A stretch of DNA of 60,567 bases. It comes from a candidate division FCPU426 bacterium. GTDB taxonomy: Bacteria > Oederibacteriota > Muellerivitia > Muellerivitales > Muellerivitaceae. The position numbers were made by a program, and so were the translations under genes. The notes under the pieces are model-generated. The model worked only from the letters and a program-made list of their open reading frames with translations, searched no databases and was not told the DNA's origin. Where the stretch lies: positions 1 to 60,567 of the forward strand of contig CAWKAR010000014.1 of assembly GCA_963847625.1 (NCBI GenBank), read 5' to 3'. Shown piece by piece: positions 60,481 to 60,567 of this stretch (positions within the stretch are counted from its first letter, which is position 1; each line of letters starts with the position of its first letter).

Positions 60481-60567
60481 ATAGGGGGACTTATGGCGCA
60501 TCCGACGTTTGAAGTCAGGAAGTTCAAGGCCTTGGGGAAGTACGAAATCCATTTCGGGAAGGATTCG

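Noticed and set aside
59348..60552. Several 60-113 aa ORFs in the terminal region
   Set aside because: Overlapping on both strands, Pro/Arg/Gly-rich, with no RBS or motifs; likely spurious in hairpin-rich DNA.

Overview
The 60.6 kb window has no recognisable housekeeping genes and reads as one conjugative, integrative mobile element (ICE or integrative plasmid). From left to right it carries: a leading-region-like block (frameshifted ardC, radC, small Cys-rich ORFs); an AbiE toxin-antitoxin pair; an IS30; a NYN nuclease divergent from a complete type I-E CRISPR-Cas locus (47 repeats, 46 spacers); an IS110-family element of IS1111 type inserted in a REP-like palindrome; a tripartite HipBST-like module; and a long + strand transfer operon. 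That operon runs from lipoproteins (one split by a second IS30) and a putative beta-barrel through VirB2/B6/B3/B4/B8-like genes, a TPR-GGDEF protein and two SpoVG paralogues to xis and a tyrosine integrase. The integrase stop codon lies inside a 5'-half tRNA-Gly(GCC). It is followed by an array of att-like sites (TGCAACC-N6/7-GGTTG cores with different spacers, plus TGTGCCA arm repeats) that bracket a 2 kb AT-rich cargo; this is the most unusual structure seen. The window then has virD4 and a replication-relaxation relaxase, a RelE/HigB-type TA pair, NHL/lectin/Thr-Pro surface proteins flanked by two polytopic membrane proteins, umuDC, and a 2 kb hairpin-rich non-coding region (oriT/ori candidate). 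All calls come from motif recognition by eye; no searches were run.
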